64,000 bases of DNA from Catajapyx aquilonaris. Lineage: Eukaryota. The stretch spans positions 1 to 64,000 of the forward strand of contig KZ538400.1 in the NCBI GenBank assembly GCA_000934665.2. The letters are read 5' to 3'. Position 1 is the stretch's first letter. The number at the start of each line of letters is the position of its first letter. Shown piece by piece: positions 12,880 through 25,616 of the stretch. Under the pieces are notes generated by a model. It saw only the letters and a program-made list of their open reading frames with translations, was not told where the DNA came from and ran no database searches. Made by a program: the position numbers and the translations under genes.

Positions 12880-15128
12880 ACAGCGTGTTTCACTAGGTAG
12901 TCCCCCCAAAGAATCAGCTATATTTATCTTCCCACTATACAGGGTGTTTACGACCTAACTTTACAAACTTCTAGGGGTGATAGAGGGGACCAAGACAAAC
13001 ATTTTTGACATAGGAAACTGTGTCCAGAAACGCCATCTAGAGGGGGTTCATAGACAAGGAATGGGTGCGCTCACACGCGTCACGCGTGAGGCGCTAGGTG
13101 AGCGGACTGTTTTGTTGATAGATGGCGCTCGGATAGTAACCAACGATACGATGTGCCATAACGTGGCAACAACAGAGTCATCTAGAAACTAAAGTCCGCC
13201 TCCTAGGAGACGCGCGGATAGTGAACAGCGGTTCTGTTGTTGTCAGGTTATGGCGTATCGTGTTGTTGTTTACTTACAACGACGAGATACGCCATAACCT
13301 GGCAACAACTGCGCGCCATCTATCAACAAAACAGTCCGCTCGACTTGCGCCTCTCGCGTGACGCGTCTGAGCGCACCCGTTGCTCGTCTATGAACCCCCT
13401 CTAGATGGCGTTTCCGGACACGGTTTCCTATGTCAAAAATGTTTGTCTTGGTCCCCTCTATTACCCCTAGAAGTTTGTAAAGTTAGGTCGTAAACACCCT
13501 GTATATAGAAACGTGATGTTTGGTTTAAAACGTACTTTGGTTTATGTGAATGTTGCACCATTCACAATAATTGCTGGAATTGAACTTCGACGACCTCCAT
13601 ACACACTTGACCTAGACGCAATGTGAATTGCCTTATTATCACTCCTCCGCAGCATATACTCATCAATAGTCAGGATAGGTGCACTGACAACCAAGCTTAT
13701 TTTTTTTACTCCCCTGAATTTTGAAAATGTTTGCATTTAGTGTTGCGCAAACATCACCTTGGCTGCTACTTTTCATGTTAGCAGGGTCACAATACAAGCC
13801 AAAAGGCGACATTCCGAATCCACAACACCAGCATCCGGTCGCGGGTTGCAGGTCCTTGGTCCCCATCCCCGGTCGCAGAGACTGATATCAGTGATATGTA
13901 AATGATTGATTAGACTTGATTCACACATTGCTACATAAAATTGATTTCAAAGCGTGTGAGGTGGTATTCTTCTCGTTCGCGCTACCCAAGAGCGGGCTAC
14001 AGCCATGGTGACTGGGGATGGGGGACCTGCAACCTGTGACCGGCCGATTGTGTTGTGGCTTCGGAATAGCACCTTTTGGCTTGTACTTTGACCCCGCTAA
14101 TGTGAAAATTAGCAGCCGAGGTCATGTTTGCACAACACAAGCAGATTTAGAAAATGCAGAAAATTTCAAAATTGAGGGGAGCAAAAAGTTTGGTTGTGAG
14201 TGTTTTGGACCAATACAGTGGTAGATGATTTCATTTAGAGGAAGAAAAAATGGACATAGTGAAGCACAGGCTGCACACGCATCACTGAAAAGGTCACTGC
14301 AATGTGTTTCACAAGAAACTGGATATTAAGTTTCCACCTGCCAAAGAGCTGTAAATGGGGACATTAAGGTATATAGTCTGGTGACCCTGGGTAGCTTGCC
14401 CCCTGGGGTAACTTGTTGTTTACTGCTATTCTTTTACATATGTTGCCATGGTGTTTGCCCGCGGGCAAGCTTACCCTGGCTTACCGGGGTCACCAGACTA
14501 GGGGCCTTAAAGACTTGTGCTGACAACAATACGCCTTGAGGTTAGAAGACTTGAAAAGCAACATCACTGCAGCAATCCAGACTGTTGTTGAGGATGTGCT
14601 GCGGAGGACCTGCGATAATAAGGTGATTTGTGTCGCGTTGCATTCGAGTGTGTATGGAGGTCGTTGAAGGTCAATTCCAGCATTTATTGTGAATGGTACT
14701 ACATTCCCATGAACCAAGGTAAGTTTTAAACCAAACACAGGGAGGTGGAGTGGCGCTGCGGTAATGTATGCGCTCACGGATGTTAAGGTCCCGGTTTCGA
14801 TCCCAGCCCGGGGTTCCCCCCTTCATCTCGTGCAGAGTTTAGGGCCATCTCTGACTTCGTCTTGGGTGGGATTCGGATAGACTAACCACCCGGGGGAGTT
14901 CACAAAATGACCACATATGCCAATGCACTGCACTTTGCACATCCCCTCCTGTCATCCTGCCCATGGGCCCAGGCGCTGTATAAAAAGGCACCCATATGTC
15001 CTTGGACGAATACATGTCCGTGCTGTATACCTTAGGGTTTTTTTTACACCAAACACCACATTTCTAGGTAGAGTGGGAAGAAAAATACAGCGGATTTTTG
15101 GGGGAGACTACTTAGTGAAACACCCTTT
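12880..15128. mobile_element. Nested mariner-derived fold-back complex containing a 562-nt MITE (12940-13501), a second inverted element (~13690-14210) and a SINE (~14738-14990)
   Basis: Outer ends CAGCGTGTTTCACTAGGTAGTCCCCCCAAA / TTTGGGGGAGACTACTTAGTGAAACACCCT; inverted arms ~13540-13690 versus ~14570-14740; inner TA|CAGGGTG..CACCCTG|TA. Confidence 0.8.
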
Positions 15129-15166
15129 GTCTTGTCAGAGCCACACTACTTCACCTCCCATCATCA

Positions 15167-16778
15167 GGGGACACTTGAAATTTCTACCATAGAAATAATT
15201 ATAGTATCAATATCTCCTCAACGCATAGGTACGAGTCTTTGCGTGCATACCAAGAACATAGCCACAGCCAATCCAAGACAGCGTGCGCCTTGTCGAGCAT
15301 GCCCAAGAGGGATCAGTGCATTGTTATGCCATATCTGAGGGGAGACGGAGTGGCGCTGTGGTAACGTATGCGTCCACGGATGTTAAGGTCCCGGGTTCAA
15401 TCCCAGCACGGGGTTCCCCACTTCATCTCGTGCAGAGTTGGGCCATCTCTGGCTTCGTCTCGGGTGGAATTTCCTTAGACTAATCCACCCGGGGGAGTTC
15501 ACAAAATGACATTAGCTAAGACATTGCACTGTACCTTGCACATCCCCTCCTGTCACCCTGCCCGTGGGCCTGGACTTTCATTAAATAAGCACCTTGTACT
15601 GAACAACTCAAAAATACGATAAAAGTCCATGCTATATACCCCGGACGGGGTGAAAGCATTACCCACAAATTATTATTATTATTATTATTACTATTATTAT
15701 TAATTATTATTATTATTATGCCATATCTGACGTCCAAGGGCAATAGACAAGTGGAAAGCCATCGGAGGATGCTTATGGTGTACAGGGCATCCAAGTAAGC
15801 CAGATGCACCCACAATCCCCCCGTATCAGCTGGTCCTCACATGTAATGATGGCAGGTGTGATTGCAGGCCACGCCTGGCCTGGTCAGGGAAGGTCGGCCA
15901 TGGATTGTTTGCCATCTCGGAATCCTGAACCATTCCACAAAGGTATTTTTGCCACACAGCTGGCACTCTACACCATAAGCATCCTCCGATGAATTCCTCT
16001 GGGTCTATTGCCCTGGGCTGTCAGAAATGGAATAAAAATGTGGGCTTGGGCATGCTCGACAGGGCGCATGCTGTCTTGGATTGGCTGTGGTGTTGTTCTT
16101 GGTATGCGTGCAAAGAATCTTACGTATGCATTTAGGAGGTATTGATACTACAGGGTGATTCTCGTGAAAGGAAACCCATACATTCCTCAATAGCATTTTA
16201 TCTATTGAATGGTTCCCGATGAAAATTTACATGCACTTACTTGTATGTTGGTAAAAGGTCTGACTAGAGAATATACTGAAAATGGTCACTTCCAGATTCC
16301 AAGCACTTTTGTTTGAGAGTCTGCATATAATATGTGCTAATGTGACATCATAATGGCAGGACCCCCGATACGGCAGGAGTGTCCTGCTATTATGATGTCA
16401 CATTAGCACATATTATATGCCAATATGCAGACTTGCAAACAAGAGTGCTTGGATGATAGAGGTCCATTTTCGGTATATTCTCTAGGCAGACCTTGCTTAC
16501 CAACATACAAGGTAAGTACTATCGAGTTCAAATACTTTTGGCCACTTTATCCTGGTCTTGAAGCAACCCTTCGCACAGACCCCACGTTAAGGAGGTGTGT
16601 GTGTGTGTGAAGGGTTGCTTCAAGACCAGGATAAAGTGGCCAAAAGTATTTGAACCCGATAGTACGTGCCAATTTTCATCAGGAACCACACAATAGATAA
16701 AAAGTTATCGAAGAATGTTTGGGTTTCCTTTCGAGAGAACCACCCTGTTTATTGCTGTGGTAGAAACTTCAAGTCCCT
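15167..16778. mobile_element. Nested MITE cluster: outer TIR element holding a SINE (15339-15720), a MITE (~15720-16030), a mariner MITE (16151-16747) and a GTAC-MITE (16516-16665)
   Basis: Outer GGGACACTTGAAATTTCTACC / GGTAGAAACTTCAAGTCCCT; arms ~15205-15308 and ~16046-16148 are inverted. Confidence 0.8.
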
Positions 16779-17327
16779 GCGTTCAGTAGCTTTCATTCCA
16801 AACGCCAGGAACGGGTTTCATTTGATTAACCCTAATATTTGATTTCAAATTGAATATTAAGTCTATATCAGGGTGATTGTTACTAGTCCAGCCAACTACC
16901 GTCAGCGTATTCCTTGAGCCAAAATAAATCGAAAATGTAGGGGGAAGAAATGTCGATGGAGCAGCCCAAACCGTTAAAATTACCTTGACCAGAAACATTG
17001 GTCAGTGGTTGCCGAAGGAGCAGGATATGAGCGTGAAAATCACGACTATTGGGATTTTCAAAGTCACCTCTTTCACAGAAGTGATTATCACCGCTCATAT
17101 CCTAGAAATTCAGCAACCACTGGCCAATGTTTCTGGTCGTCTATCTCGTTAGCATTTGACCCCTTGACATTTCTCCCCCCTACATTTTCGACTTGTTTCG
17201 GCCCAAGGAATAGGGTGACGCCTGTTGGCTACACTAGTTAGAAACACCATGTATATTCTGAACACATTTGACCATTAGGTAATGCCAATGCCACAGTATT
17301 TTTATTCATTTCAATGTTTGTAGTGAT

Positions 17328-17497
17328 GTATTATCGGGTTCAAATACTTTTGGCCACTTTATCCTGGTCTTGAAGCAACCCTTCACACACACACACACAC
17401 CCACACCCACACACACACCTCCTTAACGTGGGGTCTGTGCGAAGGGTTGCTTCAAGACCAGGATAAAGCGGCCAAAAGTATTTGAACCCAATAGTAC
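17328..17497. mobile_element. ~150-170-nt MITE with ~55-nt TIRs and (CA)n core; further copies at 16516-16665 and 55527-55674
   Basis: TATCGGGTTCAAATACTTTTGGCCACTTTATCCTGGTCTTGAAGCAACCCTTC and its reverse complement. Confidence 0.9.
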
Positions 17498-17650
17498 CAT
17501 ATCTTCTGGGGGGAAGGGGTAAGCAGAGGATGGGGAATATTCAAGAATGGCTTACTTGCAAAATGATCAGTGCTGCCAGATACAGTCAAGCCCCCAATTT
17601 ATGTAATTTGGAACCAGTTTTCAAATAATACAGTTCACTGTATTGTACCT

Positions 17651-17653
<3 letters not shown>

Positions 17654-17729
<76 letters not shown>

Positions 17730-17990
17730 GATACCATGTGATAGGCCTCCTTGGGCCTCTTAGGGGATCATCTTTTGAATAGCCGTCTTTAATCATTGCC
17801 TGCGCTGTGATGGATTTTGATTGTGGGAGGAAACGGGAGAACCCTGAGAAAACCCACGTGAACACGGAGAGAATCCATCGAAACTCTATCCACACAAGAC
17901 CATAAGTATCCTCCGTCCGACCCGGAGATCGAACTTGGGACCTTAGAGGTGGAAGGCTGCGGTGGTAACCACTACACCACCGTGTCGCCC
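17654..17990 (-). mobile_element. tRNA-SINE with V-domain-like core and (TTA)n tail; copies at 48184-48444(+), 58030-58288(-), degraded at ~27745-27925 and ~61860-62015
   Basis: A/B boxes, core GTGGGTTTTCTCGGGGTTCTCCCGTTTCCTCCC, TSD ACTGTAYTGTACCTTAT. Confidence 0.9.
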
Positions 17991-18818
17991 ACTGTACTGT
18001 ACCTTATCGTACACAGATACTGGAGTCATTCTCATATCCTATTGAGGCCATTATGAGCAAGAGGGAAAAAATGTCTGTCAAATGCAAACTGAGTGAGAGA
18101 ATGAGTCGTGGCAGGAAGGTCTGAGTTGTCACGCACCAATATTTAACACGTTTTGTCGCAGTTGCTGGCATTTTATGTTACCAGTTTATTTGATTTTTTT
18201 GTGGAAGTCCGAATCTACATATGTTGGAGCTACATGAAGTTGGGGACTGCCTGTATATCATGTTATTTTTCCCAATTCCCTTCTCCATATGCATCAGTAT
18301 TTCATAATATTGCAATATTTCCCATGCCTTGATACAGACAGGGTGTTCCAATTGAAATGCATGCAGTGGTAAGTGATTTTTTGCCACTACGCTGCTTACT
18401 TTTAATCGGTTACTTTCAAAATTATATTTAGGGGATATCAAAATTTCATCTGCTAAGAACGCATTGGAAGGCCTGTTGGCCGTTCTGGCTCATGTATATA
18501 GATAGAAATCTGTGAGAATAAACCGGCATCCTGAATGGTCAAACGAAGAAAGAGTCACCACAATGTTACAAAGACACCAATTTCAAGGGTGGGGAAGTAC
18601 ATGAATGCCTCCATAAGCCCATGTTTGTAACTTTCCTCACTGTAAGATTGGTGCAGGGGTACTTGTCAATGGAAAATTGAAGAAATGAAAGCATATTTGA
18701 TTAGCAAGTGATTCATTACTAAGGAGCACTTCTTATCAGCTCTACAATTTATTACAAGGCCTGCTTCAAATGTTTCCACCCAGCCATGAAATCTACCAGT
18801 AGGGTAATGGAAAAAAAA

Positions 18819-19053
18819 AATTACTGTGTCTCGGCCAGGGTGAAATTTGGCGCTGGCGGCGCTACATCATTCACTATACCGCCATCTCGTCAAAGTGCAC
18901 TCAAGTGGTAAGTCTGCGGAAGCAAAGAAAGATCAAGCCAATTGCGGCAGACTACCCGTACCTACCACCAGATGCACCTTGACGAGATGGCAGTATAGCG
19001 AACGATGTAGCGCCACCAGCACCAAATTTCACCCTGGCTGAGACATAGTAATT
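18819..19053. mobile_element. Palindromic MITE
   Basis: ~80-nt TIRs AATTACTGTGTCTCGGCCAGGGTGAAATTTGG / CCAAATTTCACCCTGGCTGAGACATAGTAATT. Confidence 0.8.
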
Positions 19054-19447
19054 ACCCTACCGTATTCGAGGAGTGTCATGGGGCTGGGTACGACAATAGC
19101 GACAAGGGGTGGATCAACTAGTGAGCACACAAAAGGGGGGGGGGGAAAGGGAGGGAGGGAGGGAGGGAGAATTACCTGACCTGAGTATTCTAAGACCATG
19201 GTCTAGTGATAATGAGAACTAATAATTCAATGGCATTTCTTATGTGATGACTAATTAACTTATGAGGTAAGTGATTTTTCGCATTTGGCATCATGGGTTT
19301 GTGGCTGATTCATAAAAGATTAATTACAGTTCTTCATACACAATTTAAAAATCAATACTGAAAATGATGGCCATGATATTAACTAATTCTTTAAAACATA
19401 CACCTTGTACTAGGAGTACAAGTGACTAGGAAAGATGCTCACTGTAC

Positions 19448-19675
19448 CTTGTCATACTGGCAGACAACAACATTATCTGTGTCGAAGAGCTCAGTAGGGT
19501 CATCTTCACTGACGTCATCTTCCGAATTGAGAGGCTCCTCCTGTACACTGAATTCAGACTCTTCTTCATTTTCATCCTCATCCTTATCATCGTTTTCGTC
19601 CTCCTCCTGATCATCTTCATCATCCTCCTCCTCCTCTTCATCTGAAGTGTCTCCACGAGGGCCATCCAAGAACCC
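19448..19675 (-). CDS. TfIIA-L: TFIIA large subunit exon with cleavage-site region, acidic tract and start of the beta-barrel
   Basis: gccag|GFLDGPRGDTSDEEEEED...EEPLNSEDDVSEDDPTELFDTDNVVVCQYDK|gtacag; 228 nt, phase 0-0. Confidence 0.95.
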
Positions 19676-19752
19676 CTGGCATGGAAAGAATTATAGTTAC
19701 CAGTTCATTTGCATACTGGACAACTCAAAATATCCAAAAATGGTTCCCACTT

Positions 19753-19880
19753 GGGGGAACAGTGGTCTAGTGGCTATGTTACTGGCCAGCCAAGCGGGAG
19801 ACCAGGGGTTCAAATCCCGTCCCCGTCACCTTCACTTGGTCAGGTCTTTTCCCACTTTTCACCCAAGTATCCAGGTTAGT
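19753..19880 (+). mobile_element. Degraded tRNA-derived SINE head; related copy at ~39280-39375
   Basis: A box TGGTCTAGTGG, B box GGTTCAAATCCC; downstream body shared with the second copy. Confidence 0.6.
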
Positions 19881-20269
19881 TTGGTTCGAATTTCATTGCG
19901 ATATCTTCATTAGTTTTAAAGTTATTTCAAAATGCCTGGTAAAATAGCTAGTGGGACACAGTGTATCATTGCAAGTCACTTGCAGGCATAGTGCTGGACA
20001 GTAATGGTGTCGTACTGTGGCACCATGAGGCACTGGTGACAAAAGAGTGAATTGAAGTGATGCATTGGCTGCTAATTCATCATTCTGATTAGCTCTTTTG
20101 CCACCATCAGCACGTGGCGCCACCAGTACACCATTAATGTCCAGCACTGTACAACGTTAAACAGTTCAGATTTTAAGCAACTTAGTGTGTCTATGGTCCT
20201 TTCGTCCGGTCGCTCCCTTTCCCAAATTCAAGACTTGTGGGATGAACTTTTGGACATGACTATGCAAAA

Positions 20270-20640
20270 TAAAAATAGCCCAATAGCCGGTGAAACTGCC
20301 GAAAACTATTCTTCCTCTGGGTGAGATTAAAAGTAAGAAACAAGTCCATGGGTGGGGATTGGTTCGAGTCATGGGGATGTGTGATAATTAAATTTAATTC
20401 AAAACATTCGTGCTTTGGGGCTGGGAAGAATTAGGCAGATATCGCTTTTATGTACTTCTCCGACTCTCATACTCTGCCTAATTTTTCCCAGCCCCAAAGC
20501 ACGAATGTTTGGAATTAAATTCAATTATCACACATCCCCATGACACAAACCAACCCCCACCTATGGACTTGTTTCTTACTTTTAATCTCACCCAGAGGAA
20601 GAATAGTTTTCAGCAGTTTTACTGGCTATTTTTACTTAAT
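20270..20640. mobile_element. Palindromic MITE
   Basis: Arms ~20290-20445 and ~20470-20620 are reverse complements. Confidence 0.8.
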
Positions 20641-21516
20641 TCTTTTCATCATCATAATAAAGTAATGTCAAGATATTTTAGGTTCTTTAAATAACACGAC
20701 GTCGTGCCTATTTCTGTGGTACAGAAAGAGAGCAAGAACCACAAAACTGACACTATCGAAATCGCCTCGTAACTCAAAAAATTATGTTTTTTTTTTTCAA
20801 AAAACGGTAGGCAGAAGGGCACCTCCTAGGAACATTGCGGTTCTAATGACACATTGCATGACCCTCTACGACGCACCGTTTAGGCTGTACCCTTGTCGAA
20901 GATACGACACATTTTTGAACTTTGACCCCGGCTAGTGACACCGGTAATGACCCAAGTCGTTGTCAATCTATTTAAAGTTGGTTACAGGAGTTAGCGGAGT
21001 GTAAATCTTGTTTCCGATTTGAAATCGGTTAACCCAATCGTGAGTTATGAAGTCGAAAAATTAACATTGGGAGCATAGCGATTCCATACTATTCCTTTTC
21101 ACTGGCCCTGCATGGAGGAAGAATAGAAATAGTAACTCCACAAAAGTAACTGCCATGCATGTTGATGATAACCCCCACGTTTAGCTAGCCCGAGCCAGTA
21201 TTTAAGATGGACTGAGAGTGTCTTCATGGTCATTCGTCAGTAATCCTCCACATCATCCTTTACAGTCAGCCATTCCATGTTGACCTCTCACTCTTCTAAG
21301 TGAGGCTGTGGCTGTCTGCCATTGGGGTTGGGCCTGACCCCCAATGTGCAGCCAAATCTACCTTTCAGGCTCCATTCCAAATTGTGTGGCAGGGTTACCT
21401 TGGGCTCCATTTCCCCCAGTCCCTATTATGCCCTTCATTGTGTTGCCCTACCTTACCCTTGGGTTGTGGCCAAGTCCCCCCTCCCATCTGTCTGAACTTC
21501 ATTGTTGGTCATATTT

Positions 21517-22142
21517 GAATACATGAATTTCCAAAGGGCCCAAGTCGTCTGTTTGGGCAAAACTGAGGTAAGACCGGAGATCTGTTCACAGTACCGGGCT
21601 GCATATGTATGCTGCATAGGAAGGCCCAAGTCCCATAAGAACAGGAGGAAAATGGCATTGGGAAATTTTGATGTTTGGTAGAAAGGGCAAAACATATTGT
21701 AGAACGACTGGCAGGTGGCGATAGTGGGAAGCATGAGCTGGGTAAGTTATTAGCTGCATGAAAGGACATCACAAAAACAGCAGGTATGGCCTGCAGTAGT
21801 GCCTGCAAAATATGATTTCATGATGTCCATGTACTGCACAATGCATTAGCAGGAGGTATTGACTGCAATATTAGTCTTGGAATGCTGAGGCTACCTCTTC
21901 AGGATTCCATATCCACTTAATGTTTTTCCAAAGGACCCAAGTCAGGCCCTTAATTTTATTTATGATTAGCACACTGTTCGTCGTATGGTGTTAATATTGC
22001 TTCAACACAACCGATTTTAGGTATGGTTCATTGTGTTAAAATCCCAACTGCCAGGCAGTAATTTTGTTCTGTGGCATCGTTTTTTCCTTCTCCTGGAAAT
22101 TTCATGTTGCCGGACTTGGGCCCTTTGGAAATTCATGTATTC
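21517..22142. mobile_element. MITE with 30-nt TIRs and 4-bp ATTT TSD (Sola-like)
   Basis: ATTT|GAATACATGAATTTCCAAAGGGCCCAAGTC...GACTTGGGCCCTTTGGAAATTCATGTATTC|ATTT. Confidence 0.75.
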
Positions 22143-22495
22143 ATTTAATAAAACAAATCTACACCACATTGAGTGTCTCACTGACCACCACTACCTGATG
22201 ATTCAGCACAGAGGTCTGCCTGATAGTCCTCTGGAATTGGCCTTCATGGCACCCGAGAGTTTGGTTTTCATGAAGAATCGTGAGAGAAGCACAGAGGAAG
22301 GGTGTAATTGGACAATGAGAGGAAACACGAGAAACCGCTTATAAACCCTGCTCATCCCCTGTGAAGTCTGGCAGCACTTCTTGTGCAATGGACCTAGAAA
22401 GGGATTTCCTGTGTACTGAATGCCCTGAGGCAGGACACAGTGGTGGGTCGGCCAGGATTACAGAAATTGCTTACCCATGTGATACAGAGACATAC

Positions 22496-22579
22496 CATTT
22501 TTATAGCAAGCCATCTTTCTGGGTCGATAGATTTCATAAGCTTCATACCAGCACGATCGTTACAGTAAACGGGTGGCAT
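22496..22579 (-). CDS. Candidate TFIIA cassette exon F: MPPVYCNDRAGMKLMKSIDPERWLAIKM
   Basis: 67-nt intron from exon E ending ccctctccttccccag; 84 nt open in phase 0; donor ATG|gtatgt (an alternative in-frame TGG|gtaagc donor lies 21 nt further). Confidence 0.5.
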
Positions 22580-22646
22580 CTGGGGAAGGAGAGGGTGATA
22601 GTTAGCCCAGAATTAAAGCAATTGAAAGCAAAAGTTAGAGACATAC

Positions 22647-22724
22647 CTCGAATGAAACTTCAATCTCCTCCTCCTCCTCCTCCTCCTCATCCTCCTCCTC
22701 ACCAGCACCCTTCAAGGTCTTACT
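22647..22724 (-). CDS. Candidate TFIIA cassette exon E: SKTLKGAGEEEDEEEEEEEEIEVSFE
   Basis: Acceptor region homologous to that of exon B; 78 nt open in phase 0; donor GAG|gtatgt. Confidence 0.6.
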
Positions 22725-22798
22725 CTGGGGGAGAAGAGGGTGATTGTTCAGCTAGAATTGTAGCAGATGAGTGCACAAGAGATATTTAATCACAATAA

Positions 22799-23185
22799 AC
22801 CGAAGCAGTAGTGGTGGAGTGGATATGGTGTCCGACTGCTAATCGGGAGGTCCTGGGTTCAAATCCCGGAGGCCGGCGATCCTGACCTTGGTTTTCTGTG
22901 GTTTCCCAAGGTCGCCAGAGGAAAAATTCCGGGATCATACCGTAAAATAGGCCACAGCCGCTTCCTTCCATTCCCTGCCCTGGAGGAGGTGCGGTGTCAG
23001 TCCCCGGGTTTCTGACTCGCATCCAGGGGGTCATCTTGGCGAACGGGCCCCCTGAGAGACTGCACACGACCCCCAACCTGAGACATTGCACATGCACCAG
23101 TGTCCCTCCCTCATTATCCCTGCCCTGTCCCCTGCACCGATGGTGGTATCCCACTCCCCTAAGAGGGCCCTATCACAGGGTATAA
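22799..23185 (+). mobile_element. tRNA-SINE family 2; copies at ~35445-35650, ~37340-37525 and truncated ~39598-39670
   Basis: Head ..GACTGCTAATCGGGAGGTCCTGGGTTCAAATCCC, core GGTTTTCTGTGGTTTCCC..AGGCCACAGCCGCTTCCTTCC, A-rich tail. Confidence 0.85.
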
Positions 23186-23395
23186 CAAAAAAAATAAAAA
23201 ATAAAACAACAACACCACCACCATCACGACATTTCCCTAAGTCAGCGATGACGGGAGACACAAGCTAACCCAAAATATGAACGAAATTAAAACTTGTAAA
23301 AAACAGTCTATAAATGTGTAATATAAGTCTACGATCTCACCTGTTATTTTTGTGGGAACACCAGAGGTAATAACTATTTTCATTTTAAAAAATTA

Positions 23396-23991
23396 CAGTA
23401 AAACTTCCATAAGTCAAACTTCCCTAAGTCGAAGTTCTCTATAAGTCGAAGAAAATGATGAGCTTGGTTGGTCACAATGTAAAATAATAGGAAATAAACT
23501 TCCCTAACTCGAATTTCTATAACTCGCACTTCTCCATAACTCCATAAGTGCAGGTAGGGCCTTACGATGGGATATCAATGCATTTTCAGTCTCCCTAAGT
23601 CAAAGTTCATGTTGGCGAGTGCAGAAAATTTTCTCATTTCCCAACTGAAGGGTCGAGAGTAGGCCACATGTACAGAAAGGCTCAATTTCCTCATCTCCGT
23701 CTACCAGATGTACCGAAAGAAGTGTTTGACTCGATTTTGAATCCTTGAATCTAAGAGTAGGCAAATGTCCATCACAGAGATTTTTTTTTACACCAAAACA
23801 ACGAGGAACATTGTAAGTGTGATATTGACAGTTATTTTTAAGTTTTGAACACCTTTCGTCGCTGGATATAAAGGTAGTCTTCCTTATAGAGTTCTATGCC
23901 TTAAAAAATCCAAACTTCTCTAACTCGAATCTTCTATAACTCGAAGTTTTCCCCCGGTCCCATGGAGATTCGACGTATAGAAGTTTTACTG
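23396..23991. mobile_element. pogo/Tigger-type MITE; partial copies at ~35662-36030 and ~58897-58975
   Basis: TA|CAGTAAAACTTC...GAAGTTTTACTG|TA with internal TAAGTCGAA repeats. Confidence 0.85.
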
Positions 23992-24073
23992 TATTTCATT
24001 AAAGGACATTTACATTAATTTTTGGGGGAAATGAAATTGCACTTTTTTTCACTATTGACCCATATGTAAATAC

Positions 24074-25131
24074 CAGTGCCGGTGAAAGACTTGGTGTGGG
24101 TGTGGAGCACTCCCCACCCGAATGATTCCTCATGGGGAAATTCCCCACCTGAAAATTTCCAACCGTTTTGAAACGAACAATGTCGCAGATCATGTTTTTC
24201 AAACCCCAGAAGAAATGTATCATGCAAAATATTTTGAAGTTCTTGACCAAACAACTACATCGTTGAAAAGTTGAGTCGACAACAAATCGAATAATTTTTT
24301 TTCAGTCTTTAGAAGCGTTTGCTATTGGTATTGATAAGCCCAAGGACATGAAGAAAATTGTCAATTTTTACCAAGGTGATTTCGATGAAGATAGATTAGA
24401 TGAAGATTGTAAATTGTTTTTGAGTTTATTGCTTTAAAAAATGAAAAATTCGAAAATTTGAAAGATGAGGTGAATTTTTTGCACACAGAAAAATGGAGTC
24501 TAGGTATCTTGCCTGAATACATTCGATTCATTATATTGCTATTGACAATACCAGGCTCGTCATGCACAAATGAAAGCTGTTTGGTCCTGAAACGTCTGAA
24601 AAATTATCTTCGAACGACGATGTCCCAAAATCGATTGAACGACATAACAAACAATGTTGCATATTTATTCCGAAGAGGTCGACAAACTTGATGATGAACA
24701 GGTAATGGACGAATTCATGTCTAAAAATTCAAAACGCAGTTTTGTATTCGCACTTTCTCGCAAATAAATGAAAATCATTTTTGGTAATATTGCTCTTACT
24801 AATTCAGTGGTTTCCAACCTTTTACCAACTGCGACCCCCTAATCATGTTTCCATAAATGTGCGACCCCCCCCCCCCCTCAGCCCCTTCTACAACTGCCCC
24901 ATTTCCAGTAAACATACATTATGTACGGCCGCAAAAATGGTTTCATTTACACAGAAATTGTACAAAAAAAAAGATTAACAAAGGCTCGCGACCCCCAGGT
25001 TGGAAACCACTGTACTAATTTATCCCATAACAATTGCACTTGTTTCGAATTTCGAAAATGAGATCCCCCCCCCTCGGCCCCTCCCCTACTTGTTACTCAC
25101 CACCCGGGCTGAATCTGTTTCACAGGCACTG
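24074..25131 (+). mobile_element. Internally deleted hAT transposon with a transposase C-terminal (dimerisation) remnant and a nested hAT MITE at 24805-25012
   Basis: 8-bp TSD GTAAATAC, ends CAGTGCC/GGCACTG; peptide LLLTIPGSSCTNES..LKRLKNYLRTTMSQNRLN; the inner element has TSD TACTAATT and CAGTGGTTTCCAACC TIRs. Confidence 0.9.
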
Positions 25132-25616
25132 GTAAATACGGTAATAGGTGTTGTGACCAGCCTGCTCAATCATATCTGGAGTACTACTGTGATCCTATCC
25201 CGTAGGTGCTGGAGATGCTGAATCTTTTCACCATACATGTATCTCCACAAATAAGTCCATCAGGGTAAGATCTGGGCTTCTGGGGGCCCAGACATGGGGA
25301 AACTTCTCATTCAAGACTTCACACACTGGGAGGCAGAACATATAAAACTTTCATATAGCAGGTCTGTTTCATGGATGAGGCGACATTTTATGTGCATCAT
25401 CAAGAACAATGTGTACGGTGTAAAGACCCATCATCTCCAGCACCTACGGGATAGGATTGCAACGGTAACGCCAGATATGAATGAGCGAGTTTGGCACGAG
25501 ACCGAATAGTGTTTTTTATCTGCTGAGCAACAAATAAAGCTCATATCGAAACAAACTAAGGTGAGACCACAACTTCAGACATTTCTTAGCATTTCAAAAC
25601 TTGTATCATTAAGATA

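Noticed and set aside
22361..22789. 142-aa plus-strand ORF with poly-Pro
   Set aside because: The (CCT)n tract is better explained as the Glu-coding cassette exon E on the minus strand, which has proper splice sites.
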